The position numbers were made by a program, and so were the translations under genes. Shown here in pieces: positions 1 to 7,553 of a stretch of DNA of 31,257 nucleotides; positions within the stretch are counted from its first letter, which is position 1, and every line of letters begins with the position of its first letter. The notes under the pieces were generated by a model. The model ran no database searches. It saw nothing but the letters and a program-made list of their open reading frames with translations, and was not told the origin of the DNA. This DNA is from a virus: UHGV virus genome UHGV-0008471; one strand, given 5' to 3'.

Positions 1-183
1 TGAATAAAACCACGAGTTCCTGGTGTGCCTTATTCGGCCTGCTAGTTCGAATTTAATTTACGGTTTTTATGTGGTTTTAGGGATAAACACAAGGATGGTG
101 TCCCCTGCAGACATCTACTTGAAGCGGCAGGGGATTGATTGGAATGGTGTTTTTTAGATGTGAAAAAAATTTTACCCGCTATT

Positions 184-384
184 TTACCCATTGGCGCGGC
201 TTAAGAGCTTATTTTTGAATTCACAATGGTCACGATATAACCATCTTGCTCGCCCGTGGATAACTTTGGCTTTAGGCAGGTCCCCGGACTTAATCCGGTC
301 ATAGATGAAGGTTTTACCGAAGCCAGTATCGGCCATGATGAATTTCAAATCAACCAGTGAATCAGGCTGTAGTTCGTGTTGCAT
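184..384 (-). CDS. xis: Excisionase / AlpA-family small DNA-binding protein (66 aa)
   Basis: ORF-track translation has a short winged-helix-like motif (TGFGKTFIYDRIKSGDLP) typical of AlpA/Xis proteins; sits at the distal end of the leftward early operon. No integrase ORF in the 183 bp to its left. Confidence 0.6.
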   Translation of the reverse strand: MQHELQPDSLVDLKFIMADTGFGKTFIYDRIKSGDLPKAKVIHGRARWLYRDHCEFKNKLLSRANG

Positions 385-427
385 GAGTGCTATCTCCGAA
401 TAGGGAATCGAACCTGCAAATCAGGCA

Positions 428-455
428 ATAAAAAACCGCCATCAGGCGGCTTGGT
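428..455 (-). terminator. Rho-independent terminator (GC hairpin plus U-tract on minus-strand transcript)
   Basis: Minus-strand RNA reads GCCGCC-UGAU-GGCGG followed by UUUUUUAUU; lies directly after the stop of the 442..609 ORF. Confidence 0.5.
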
Positions 456-609
456 GTTCTTTCAGTTCTTCAATTCGAATATTGGTTACGTCTGCATGTG
501 CTATCTGCGCCCATAGCATCCAGTGGTCATAGCAGTAATTGATGTTCTCTGCTTCGATAACTCTGTTGAATGGTTCTCCATTCCATTCACCTGTGACTCG
601 GAAGTGCAT
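442..609 (-). CDS. Small hypothetical protein (55 aa), below the ORF-track size cutoff
   Basis: Hand translation gives MHFRVTGEWNGEPFNRVIEAENINYCYDHWMLWAQIAHADVTNIRIEELKEHQAA; ATG preceded by GGAG; bracketed by hairpin terminators on both sides. Confidence 0.5.
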   Translation of the reverse strand: MHFRVTGEWNGEPFNRVIEAENINYCYDHWMLWAQIAHADVTNIRIEELKEHQAA

Positions 610-614
610 TTATC

Positions 615-645
615 ATCTCCATAAAACAAAACTCGCCGTAGCGAG
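615..645 (-). terminator. Hairpin plus U-tract terminator, minus strand (approximate coordinates)
   Basis: Perfect stem ACTCGC-CGTA-GCGAGT in the plus sequence; the minus transcript hairpin is followed by UUUUGUUUU immediately before the SD of the 442..609 ORF. Confidence 0.45.
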
Positions 646-767
646 TTCAGATAAAAGAAATCCCCGCAAGTGCGAGGATTGTTATTGTCTTTGCTTCGTG
701 CATTTGTCGCACTTTCGGCACCATCCAGATAGGCACATCCGTCCGCAATTAACACATATAGGCCACA

Positions 768-1049
768 TCATTTTTCCTCTTTTGGTTTATGAATCTGAAT
801 GGTCATGCCGCTTTGAGTGGTGACTACAATGACAGAACCAGGCTGAAGGCTGTTAAGATTGAATGCTTCGTAAAATGAATCCAATGCCAGTGCTTTTTTA
901 TTCTTTCGGTTCCACCAACGCCATCCCTTGCTACAGGCTACACTGACAATCCACTGTCCACTCCTGTAAGCCATATAAAACCAGATGAGCAAAACCTGAA
1001 GGAATGCTATCCAGTCAATAATCGTATATTTCGCGAAGGAGTACATCAC
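768..1049 (-). CDS. Small hypothetical protein (93 aa) with one predicted transmembrane helix
   Basis: Hydrophobic stretch IIDWIAFLQVLLIWFYMAY; its start overlaps the stop of the upstream gene at 1046-1049, consistent with translational coupling. Confidence 0.4.
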   Translation of the reverse strand: MMYSFAKYTIIDWIAFLQVLLIWFYMAYRSGQWIVSVACSKGWRWWNRKNKKALALDSFYEAFNLNSLQPGSVIVVTTQSGMTIQIHKPKEEK

Positions 1050-1729
1050 TTCACCTCCTGCTGTGGTGCTGCTGCAATCATCGCGCGGTATGCAGCCTGC
1101 ATGTCGTTGTCATCATCGTCTGTGTACGGAGCCGAATCCCATGCTGCACGCATATCCGGAGTAAGCTCAACCGGCACCATCACCCAACCATCCGGAATCA
1201 CCGGAGAGTTGCCATCCAGTCTACGCAAAACAGCCTTAACAGCTTCAATACGGTCATCATCAACTTTTTCTACAATATTGGAATTTAAATACTTCGAAGC
1301 GTTGCTATGCCAATCGCTGGTTTTAGGGTCTTGTCCATCCATCAAACGCCAAGCTTCAGCGATTAACTCATAGCCAGTGACAGTGGCTTCCTGCGCATCA
1401 CCAATCAGTTGTGTGATCTCTCTTTCAAGCATGCTTAGAGGGTTAGGCATTGGTTTTTCTTCCGGTACTACTGGCGCTGGAGGGGTGGCGTATACTTCAA
1501 TAATCCCATTATCAATAGGCCATTCTCCATCCTTGAGATAGTCACTTGTGCCGTCAACTTGCTGTTCAGCAATGTGGAATGCACCAACTGGCTCTGCTTC
1601 CAGCGATGCCAGAGCAATTCGTGCCAGTTCTTCCGCTTCTTCTGCTGGCAGTACAACGTTGCTACCAGGTCCGTATGTTTCGCGCCACTGCTTGATTGTC
1701 AGCAGTCGTTCTCTGGTAATAGTGCTCAT
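1046..1729 (-). CDS. Hypothetical acidic phage protein (227 aa from ATG at 1729)
   Basis: Long ORF; internal ATG at 1729 preceded by AAGGAAAG; proline-rich linker (PPAPVVPEEKPMPNP) between two acidic domains; no family recognised. Confidence 0.55.
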   Translation of the reverse strand: MSTITRERLLTIKQWRETYGPGSNVVLPAEEAEELARIALASLEAEPVGAFHIAEQQVDGTSDYLKDGEWPIDNGIIEVYATPPAPVVPEEKPMPNPLSMLEREITQLIGDAQEATVTGYELIAEAWRLMDGQDPKTSDWHSNASKYLNSNIVEKVDDDRIEAVKAVLRRLDGNSPVIPDGWVMVPVELTPDMRAAWDSAPYTDDDDNDMQAAYRAMIAAAPQQEVK

Positions 1730-1730
1730 A

Positions 1731-1949
1731 TCAGCTTTCCTTATACGGATTAATTTTATTGTGCAGTGTGTTGAACGAGGCCCATACCACGTCGTTATAC
1801 AATTCAATAACTGGCTCAATTATTTTCCCGATTGCCCAGACAAAAATTAGCGGGGATATCGGTGTCATCAACACGATAAACAGAATGAGAAACAGGAGTT
1901 CTGTTATTCGACTTCTTCGCGGATATTCTTTTCTGAATAATGTTGGCAC
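1731..1949 (-). CDS. Small hypothetical membrane protein (72 aa, GTG start)
   Basis: GTG start preceded by AAGGAGAG; single long hydrophobic segment (LLFLILFIVLMTPISPLIFVWAIG). Confidence 0.4.
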   Translation of the reverse strand: MPTLFRKEYPRRSRITELLFLILFIVLMTPISPLIFVWAIGKIIEPVIELYNDVVWASFNTLHNKINPYKES

Positions 1950-1950
1950 A

Positions 1951-2166
1951 TTACTCTCCTTTGTTGCTCCTCAAAATTTTATGCCCTGGCGCAAAAGCAC
2001 GCGTTTTGTCGGCGCTTATTCGCCACCCATCTTTACGTGCCTCTTTTGCGCAGCCAGCCCATGACGTACCGATATACTCACCGAAGTCTGGCGACTTATA
2101 TTTGCCATCTGTACACTGGAGGCAATCACAATAGAGATGCATGGTGTAACTTGCAGCGATAGCCAT
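1951..2166 (-). CDS. Small Cys-rich hypothetical protein (71 aa from ATG at 2166)
   Basis: ATG at 2166 preceded by AAGGAGAG; Cys cluster CDCLQC...C suggests a small metal-binding fold. Confidence 0.45.
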   Translation of the reverse strand: MAIAASYTMHLYCDCLQCTDGKYKSPDFGEYIGTSWAGCAKEARKDGWRISADKTRAFAPGHKILRSNKGE

Positions 2167-2167
2167 A

Positions 2168-2785
2168 TCACTCTCCTTTGATGCGAATGCCAGTGGCACG
2201 GGAATCATTCCATCGCTTTACTTCTTCACGAATTACGTCAATGCATTCTTTCGAATCCATTAGGTAATCTTCATCAAAAAGACGTTCCTGTTCGTTTTCT
2301 ATCGCAACAATGATTGCTTCAACTAACTTTTGTGCCTGAGAACCACTTTCTAACTCTGCTATGCGCTTACTTCCATCCGCGATTACTCCCTCGTAATATT
2401 CACGCTGCTCGTTGAGTTTTGATTTTGCTGCTTCAAGCTCAACTCTCAGCTTCCCTACCGTTAGCGCAATATCCTCGTTCTCCTGGTCGCGGCGTTTGAT
2501 GTATTGCTGGTTTCTTTCCCGTTCATCCAGCAGTGCCAGCACAGTAACCGGATTGGCTGCGGAGATGAATTCAGCATTGGCTTGCTGTTCCATTTGGAAA
2601 TCTTCATCGAAACCGCTTTCAGGATGCGCTCCTTCAATTCTGCAAATGGGAAGATATCCAACAACTTCACGATGAATTAGTGCATCACCAGCATCAAATC
2701 TCTCCTCTCCATATTCGAGCGACCACACACCACACGTTGCTTTTTCTGCCGCTTCACGCAGTGCCTGATAGTCAATCTTGTTCAT
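2168..2785 (-). CDS. Ead/Ea22-like protein (205 aa)
   Basis: N-terminal ALREAAEKAT...W motif and coiled-coil middle region, as recalled for the Ead/Ea22 family of lambdoid early-accessory regions. Confidence 0.6.
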   Translation of the reverse strand: MNKIDYQALREAAEKATCGVWSLEYGEERFDAGDALIHREVVGYLPICRIEGAHPESGFDEDFQMEQQANAEFISAANPVTVLALLDERERNQQYIKRRDQENEDIALTVGKLRVELEAAKSKLNEQREYYEGVIADGSKRIAELESGSQAQKLVEAIIVAIENEQERLFDEDYLMDSKECIDVIREEVKRWNDSRATGIRIKGE

Positions 2786-2786
2786 G

Positions 2787-3086
2787 TCACATCACCCTGA
2801 AGCCGTTGCATTTACGTAAGAAATCGCAGATATAGCCCTTCATTTTTTCATGCCAATCTCGATCATTCCCATTGCACCACCCATCAGGTGGAGTCCAGTT
2901 TTCTATCAGAGCAGCCATTTTCTTTGCTTTCGCCGGAGTAGCTGTTGCGGTATCGCAGTAATGACGAGTGTCAACAAACTTATCCATGCCATCGATATCA
3001 AGTACGCAAAACCATGTGTGATTCGGAATTCCTACAGGTGGTATTTGTTGCCCACGTCGGCGTTTATCAATGAGATATACACTCAC
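2787..3086 (-). CDS. Hypothetical protein (99 aa, GTG start)
   Basis: GTG start with strong AAGGAGGT SD; start overlaps upstream stop (GTGA). Confidence 0.5.
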   Translation of the reverse strand: MSVYLIDKRRRGQQIPPVGIPNHTWFCVLDIDGMDKFVDTRHYCDTATATPAKAKKMAALIENWTPPDGWCNGNDRDWHEKMKGYICDFLRKCNGFRVM

Positions 3087-3532
3087 TGGTTACCTCCTTT
3101 GCGAAGCTCTGCGGCGAACTCGTTAAGTGATATGTAGCAATCTCCAAATGTTAACGAACCGCTCGACTGCATATGCTCCATAGCCATCTCCACGCCCTGC
3201 GCCCGTACTTCAGCCAGGAAAGCATCGGTGGCTGGGGTTTCAGTAACATCATCTTCCCATTCGCTAAACTCCTCACGACAAAAGTCATTAAATTCCTTCT
3301 CAGATTGCTTAAGCGAGGTATTTTCAGCAGCCATCTTCGCGCATTTAGCCTCAAGGTTATCAATCGTGATTCCAGCAGAACGACACTCACGCAACGCCGT
3401 TTCTAGTTTTGATTCAAGTTCACCGAACTTACGCACCAGATATTCAGCGTTTGTTTCGTTAACCTTTAAATCACTTGGGATGCATTTACCTTTCAGAAAA
3501 CCATCCATCTCAATTAGTGACATTTGTTTCAT
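3083..3532 (-). CDS. Hypothetical coiled-coil protein (about 149 aa; alternative GTG start at 3550)
   Basis: ORF-track 3083..3550; the ATG at 3532 overlaps the upstream stop (ATGA); acidic, helical sequence. Confidence 0.5.
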   Translation of the reverse strand: MKQMSLIEMDGFLKGKCIPSDLKVNETNAEYLVRKFGELESKLETALRECRSAGITIDNLEAKCAKMAAENTSLKQSEKEFNDFCREEFSEWEDDVTETPATDAFLAEVRAQGVEMAMEHMQSSGSLTFGDCYISLNEFAAELRKGGNQ

Positions 3533-3711
3533 TTCTTCCCACTCCGCCACATCGCATTCAGATATTTGTTGTCATTAACAGAACCGAAACTATTTCTCTT
3601 AAGCAATTCCTCTCTCGATGGCATTGGCTTTACGCGTTGGCGAATAATCATTTCTGCCGGAAGAATGCCGGGATTGTATGCAAGTCCTCTCATGGTAAAT
3701 TCCTCAGTCAT
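3529..3711 (-). CDS. Small hypothetical protein (60 aa)
   Basis: Internal ATG at 3711 overlaps the stop of the 3704..4000 ORF; start choice uncertain. Confidence 0.35.
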   Translation of the reverse strand: MTEEFTMRGLAYNPGILPAEMIIRQRVKPMPSREELLKRNSFGSVNDNKYLNAMWRSGKK

Positions 3712-4000
3712 TACTGATAGCGCCATAGCGTGAGCGGTAATTACGCAGGCGCGGGTCGATATATTCAGGGAAGTTGGTATATGTGGCTTTGCGGAATGGT
3801 CGGATTGATGTCTGGTAAATTCGCTCTCGTTCTTCTTTCTCTGCAAGCCATATACAGTGGCGAAATTCCTTTTCCTCTTTCGTTTCCTGCGGTAGCGACA
3901 TTATCCGGTCGTAGTTTTTCCTGAATTTATCCAGCACCTCCGATACGGAATTGCCGGAACAGCGGCGTGGGTCATCCGCACCATACAGAGGCGCTGGCAT
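3704..4000 (-). CDS. Hypothetical protein (98 aa)
   Basis: ATG preceded by AAGGA; basic/acidic mixed sequence; no family recognised. Confidence 0.5.
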   Translation of the reverse strand: MPAPLYGADDPRRCSGNSVSEVLDKFRKNYDRIMSLPQETKEEKEFRHCIWLAEKEERERIYQTSIRPFRKATYTNFPEYIDPRLRNYRSRYGAISND

Positions 4001-4023
4001 AATTAAATCCTTATTTTTCTAAA

Positions 4024-4407
4024 TCAGAATGGGATGGAATCATCGTATACAGGAGTGTTCTGCTGGTTACTACTTTGCTGCTGCGGGCCATTTCCTGAAG
4101 CTGCAAATCCAATCTTTGCATTCAGTAATTCAAGAGTGATTGATTGACCATTTTGCCCCTGATAAACATCAACCCTGATGTTTTCTCCGGTAATTTCCAC
4201 AATGCCACCTTCAACAAGAACACTACGGTAGTAATCCGCTTGCGCTCCCGGCTTGGCAAATACAACGGCGCTGTAGTTTGTCCATTCTTTCTTTTTTGTC
4301 TGGCGATCGTAATACTGAACGCCAGCACGGATGTTGAATCCGATATTTTCCCCGGCCTGAAACTCTCTTGCGGGCTTGTTTAGTCTTACAGTAATCGAAT
4401 GTGCCAT
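4024..4407 (-). CDS. ssb: Single-stranded DNA-binding protein (about 127 aa)
   Basis: Start MAHSITVRLNK; Gln/Gly/Asn-rich tail ending in acidic DDSIPF, as in SSB C-termini (DDDIPF); start overlaps the erf stop (TAATG). Confidence 0.75.
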   Translation of the reverse strand: MAHSITVRLNKPAREFQAGENIGFNIRAGVQYYDRQTKKKEWTNYSAVVFAKPGAQADYYRSVLVEGGIVEITGENIRVDVYQGQNGQSITLELLNAKIGFAASGNGPQQQSSNQQNTPVYDDSIPF

Positions 4408-5012
4408 TAAGCAGCAGCTCCTTCTAATTCGTCTCGTCTGATGTTGTAAACGTCCTGCGCTTTGTGCTGCTCCGGTGTGCCTTCGAGCATCTTCCACGCT
4501 TTGGCGAACGCCTGTTTAAGCTCTTCCACGGTGTTTTTCTGCAATGCTGCGTCAGTGAATGCTTTTAGAACCTGTTCAGGTGTAGGTGATAGTTTTGATT
4601 GCTTTGCTGCTGCGTTCTGCTGATGTTTATGCTCGTCGGTATCTGCATCTTTCGCATCATCAATGCCGAACAAACCATTGAGGCAATACTTGCGTGCATA
4701 AGAGCTTGTAGCTCCCGTAACTTGTGCAGAATCCATTCCTTTCTTGCTTTCTTCCTCTCGTGCAAGGGCGGTTGCCGTATGACTGTTTTCGCCATCGGTA
4801 ATAGTTGCCGTGGCTTTCACGTAATACCGATCACCAATCAACACAACTTCATCGCTGATTGATAAAAACAGGCCATTCAGTAACGGCTTAACGCCTTCAA
4901 GAATGTCTTCGCAGCTTCTGTATTTATATTTACCGAATGAGTTGTACTGATTCTTTGGCGCGTTCAGATTCTCCTGAATAGCTGCCAGTCTTGCGTAAAA
5001 TTCTTTGCTCAT
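4407..5012 (-). CDS. erf: Erf-family single-strand annealing recombinase (about 201 aa)
   Basis: N-terminus MSKEFYARLAAIQENLNAPKNQYNSFGKYKYRSCEDILEGVKPLL matches phage P22 Erf as I recall it. Confidence 0.85.
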   Translation of the reverse strand: MSKEFYARLAAIQENLNAPKNQYNSFGKYKYRSCEDILEGVKPLLNGLFLSISDEVVLIGDRYYVKATATITDGENSHTATALAREEESKKGMDSAQVTGATSSYARKYCLNGLFGIDDAKDADTDEHKHQQNAAAKQSKLSPTPEQVLKAFTDAALQKNTVEELKQAFAKAWKMLEGTPEQHKAQDVYNIRRDELEGAAA

Positions 5013-5114
5013 ATGATTGTTCTCAGAATGGACACGGCCCAAGGAAATAACGCTGATTTAATACTTCGACTCGGGACAAGTTAAGGCATACCCGCATTCC
5101 TTCGCGGTCGCCAT

Positions 5115-5273
5115 TATGTCGATACCAGAGAGCTTTCTGCGTGTACATGCGCCTCTGTAACTTGCTCTCCTTCACTGTGGTTGCAAGTGACATGAATATC
5201 TCCTTCGTTACCGATTAATTCTTTCATCTGACGAATGAATTCTTCGTCTGACCAGTTATCTGTAAAACTCATT
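5115..5273 (-). CDS. Small protein (52 aa) at the arf position between kil and erf
   Basis: Hand translation MSFTDNWSDEEFIRQMKELIGNEGDIHVTCNHSEGEQVTEAHVHAESSLVST; ATG overlaps the kil-like stop (ATGA). Function assigned by position only. Confidence 0.4.
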
Positions 5274-5422
5274 TCCTGCGATACCATGGAAGGTTGATAG
5301 CTGATTTCATCGCTTTATTTGCTTCAAGCCACATTTTAGAATCACCAATAAATCTGGCTATTACTGCTTTGTTTTGTGCTGCACGAAGCATCTGGTGATT
5401 GATGGCTATTTCATTGCGCATA
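5270..5422 (-). CDS. kil: Kil-like host cell-division inhibitor (50 aa)
   Basis: Hand translation MRNEIAINHQMLRAAQNKAVIARFIGDSKMWLEANKAMKSAINLPWYRRK; the FIGD...KMW motif and position next to cIII resemble lambda/P22 Kil as recalled; GAGG SD. Confidence 0.5.
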
Positions 5423-5538
5423 ATAAGACCTCAACTCTTTTCCATCCGTCACGTAATTTACGGGTGATTCGTTCAAGTAAAGATTCATTTAGTTGGAAGG
5501 CACCCATGCGAGCGCCTCCCGCGATTGCGTAAATCATG
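5407..5538 (-). CDS. cIII: CIII/C3-like FtsH inhibitor (43 aa)
   Basis: Hand translation MIYAIAGGARMGAFQLNESLLERITRKLRDGWKRVEVLLCAMK; carries the ESLLERITRKLRDGWKR motif I recall from lambda CIII; AAGGAA SD. Confidence 0.65.
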
Positions 5539-5561
5539 GGTGGTTCCTTATGTTGGTTTTA

Positions 5562-6530
5562 TTAGTAGGTTATTTTTGTTGCGAATACTTCGCCTTTTAC
5601 GATGGCTGTTATGATATTTTTAGCAACATCTTCTGATGCGCCAACCTTGATAAGGTCAGCAAGTATTTTGTTATTTACTTCTTTCCGGTGAGCTTTATCC
5701 TTTGCTCTACGCTCTTCTTCGTCCTTGATTCTTTTTTCTTCTGCTATTCTGGCTTGCTCTTTTGCTTCAGCCTCGCGCCGGATTCGTTCAGCCTCCTCCT
5801 GTGCTTTTCGGCGTTCTGCTTCAATTGCCGCCTGCTTTTCTCTTTCAGCTCGTTCTGCTGCCTCTTTTGCTTCGCGCTGTGCTCGTTGCTCGGCTTCAAT
5901 GCGTTCACGCTCTGCACGTTCCGCTGCGGCCTTAGCTTCTGCTTCTCGCCTTGCTGCTGCTTCAATTTCGGCTTTTGCCTTTGCTTCGGCTTCAGCTCTG
6001 GCTTTCTCTTCAGCTTCTCTTTTTAAGCGTTCTTCATGCTCTCGCTTTTCCTGCTCCGCTTTGAGTCTTGCCTCTTCTCTTTTGCGGTCAAATTCGCGAT
6101 CCATCAAAATCGCTATTTCATGGTCAGACTCAATTTGCTTTGCGAGAGCTTCAGCTGCTGCCTTAGCTTCTTCTTCGGCTTTAATCCGCGCCTGTTCTTC
6201 CTCATAATCAGTAAGAGGCTGGCGCGCCTTGGCTTTCAGCTCATCAAGGCGATCACGCACTGTCTTGCGGTTGGCATCAATTAGCTTTGGAATTTCCTTC
6301 AGTTCAGCAACAAGGTCTTTGCCAAGACCATCGAGATATGTTTTCGTCTGCGCAACTTTATACGCCAGAGAAGCGATCTCCTTTCTGCCCTTTGCCGTTG
6401 TGATATCAGGCACAAAGGACATAACTTCACGTTCAACCTTTTGAAGGATTTCTTCAATCTGGTCGGCAGACTGAAATACAGTCATTGCATTTGCTTTTTC
6501 AATAACAACTAAATCTGTTACTTCACTCAT
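5562..6530 (-). CDS. Coiled-coil phage protein with Glu/Ala/Arg/Lys-rich low-complexity centre (322 aa)
   Basis: Strong AAGGAGG SD; about 150 aa of EAKA/ERAE heptad-like repeats flanked by globular ends; often annotated TolA-like. Confidence 0.7.
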   Translation of the reverse strand: MSEVTDLVVIEKANAMTVFQSADQIEEILQKVEREVMSFVPDITTAKGRKEIASLAYKVAQTKTYLDGLGKDLVAELKEIPKLIDANRKTVRDRLDELKAKARQPLTDYEEEQARIKAEEEAKAAAEALAKQIESDHEIAILMDREFDRKREEARLKAEQEKREHEERLKREAEEKARAEAEAKAKAEIEAAARREAEAKAAAERAERERIEAEQRAQREAKEAAERAEREKQAAIEAERRKAQEEAERIRREAEAKEQARIAEEKRIKDEEERRAKDKAHRKEVNNKILADLIKVGASEDVAKNIITAIVKGEVFATKITY

Positions 6531-6565
6531 ATATCCTCCTTAATTTGTATGCGTCAAATCCGCGC

Positions 6566-6877
6566 TCAGGCTGCTGAGGTTTCTTCTTTCAGGCTTTCGA
6601 TATATTTACGTGGGTCGTCGTAACATTGGCATTCGCTGTACCAATCTACCCAGCGATCCGTAAGCCCCATCTCTGATAAATCTTCATCGGTAAGGCTCTC
6701 ATCCCACATCTCAAGGCCGTTAGCATTGCAGTAATCAGGCTTGATGTTGTTGTCATACTGAAAGGCGTCATAATCAGCCAGTGCGTCCATCAGGCGAACA
6801 CCCTCTTCAACACTTGCCACTTCTGCAATGAACGGTTTCATAGGTACTTGCGGGATATGCCAGACACGTAATTTCAT
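6566..6877 (-). CDS. Small acidic hypothetical protein (103 aa from ATG at 6877)
   Basis: ATG preceded by GGAGGAAAT; strongly acidic (many D/E including DDP, TDEDLSE); sits immediately after a terminator. Confidence 0.6.
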   Translation of the reverse strand: MKLRVWHIPQVPMKPFIAEVASVEEGVRLMDALADYDAFQYDNNIKPDYCNANGLEMWDESLTDEDLSEMGLTDRWVDWYSECQCYDDPRKYIESLKEETSAA

Positions 6878-6889
6878 ATTTCCTCCGTC

Positions 6890-6916
6890 AAAAAAATCGC
6901 CCTCACACTGGAGGGC
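6890..6916 (-). terminator. Rho-independent terminator on the leftward transcript (tL-like)
   Basis: Minus RNA GCCCUC-CAGUGU-GAGGGC followed by GAUUUUUUU; between the AT-rich gene and the acidic gene. Confidence 0.65.
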
Positions 6917-6978
6917 AAAGAAGATTTCCAATAATCAGAACAAGTCGGCTCCTGTTTAGTTACGAGCGACATTGCTCC

Positions 6979-7006
6979 GTGTATTCACTCGTTGGAATGA
7001 ATACAC
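6979..7006. repeat. Perfect 9-bp inverted repeat with 10-nt spacer
   Basis: GTGTATTCA-ctcgttggaa-TGAATACAC, directly downstream of the AT-rich gene; no U-tract, so not an intrinsic terminator. Confidence 0.5.
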
Positions 7007-7020
7007 AGTGCTTATTCGTA

Positions 7021-7491
7021 CTAATAAAACACCCAGTTTTCTGTTTCTTGGTTGTGTCCAAAGTTATATTCAATATCTGGTGTTGATGTATCAATATTCT
7101 TCATCCCATCAACAAGAGTTGATACAACAGCCAAATCTTGTTTGATTCTCATTAAATGGTATTTCTTCCGGCGCAATAAACTTTCAATGGCAAGTTTCTT
7201 CGTTGGGAATGCAAAAGATCTTTCTGCATTTTTTGCTACTTTCTTAATTGCATATCTATTTCTCTTTTGTTTCCATTCCTGTAACCACTGATTTGGTGCT
7301 GGTTTAAAATTAACAATCCAATGCGCAGGAACCAACCATGCATAATGCTCTGTCTGATGAAAAGCTATATATTGAAGTGCGAATATTTTGATTCCATCTT
7401 CTTCAACTGTCGCCTGGAATCTCCAGAAAACAGGCATTCCATCATGTTCAGTTTCTGATTCAGGAAAAGGTACGCTCCATGATATTGTCAT
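7021..7491 (-). CDS. AT-rich accessory (moron-like) gene, 156 aa, unknown function
   Basis: Own GAGGTGA SD; sequence is visibly more AT-rich than its neighbours; followed by an inverted repeat and a terminator; no transmembrane segment; no family recognised. Confidence 0.6.
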   Translation of the reverse strand: MTISWSVPFPESETEHDGMPVFWRFQATVEEDGIKIFALQYIAFHQTEHYAWLVPAHWIVNFKPAPNQWLQEWKQKRNRYAIKKVAKNAERSFAFPTKKLAIESLLRRKKYHLMRIKQDLAVVSTLVDGMKNIDTSTPDIEYNFGHNQETENWVFY

Positions 7492-7553
7492 ATCTCACCT
7501 CAAATAAGTGGTTTGCTGCCAAAACAATGAACCATCCGGAAATTCCAGATAGC

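Noticed and set aside
398-425. Possible tRNA gene suggested by GGTTCGATTCCC on the minus strand
   Set aside because: Only the T-loop consensus is present; no complementary T-stem, acceptor stem or anticodon arm could be folded, so no tRNA is called.
501-755. 84-aa minus-strand ORF
   Set aside because: Reads straight through a perfect hairpin terminator and overlaps the better-supported 55-aa ORF at 442..609 in another frame; composition looks non-coding.
539-823. 94-aa plus-strand ORF
   Set aside because: Antisense to the minus-strand early operon; no SD; low-complexity translation.
5688-6444. Several plus-strand ORFs (112, 160, 82 and 71 aa) and a 73-aa minus-strand ORF inside 5562..6530
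   Set aside because: Frame artefacts of the repetitive GC-rich coiled-coil gene; translations are Ser/Ala/Cys/Phe low complexity.
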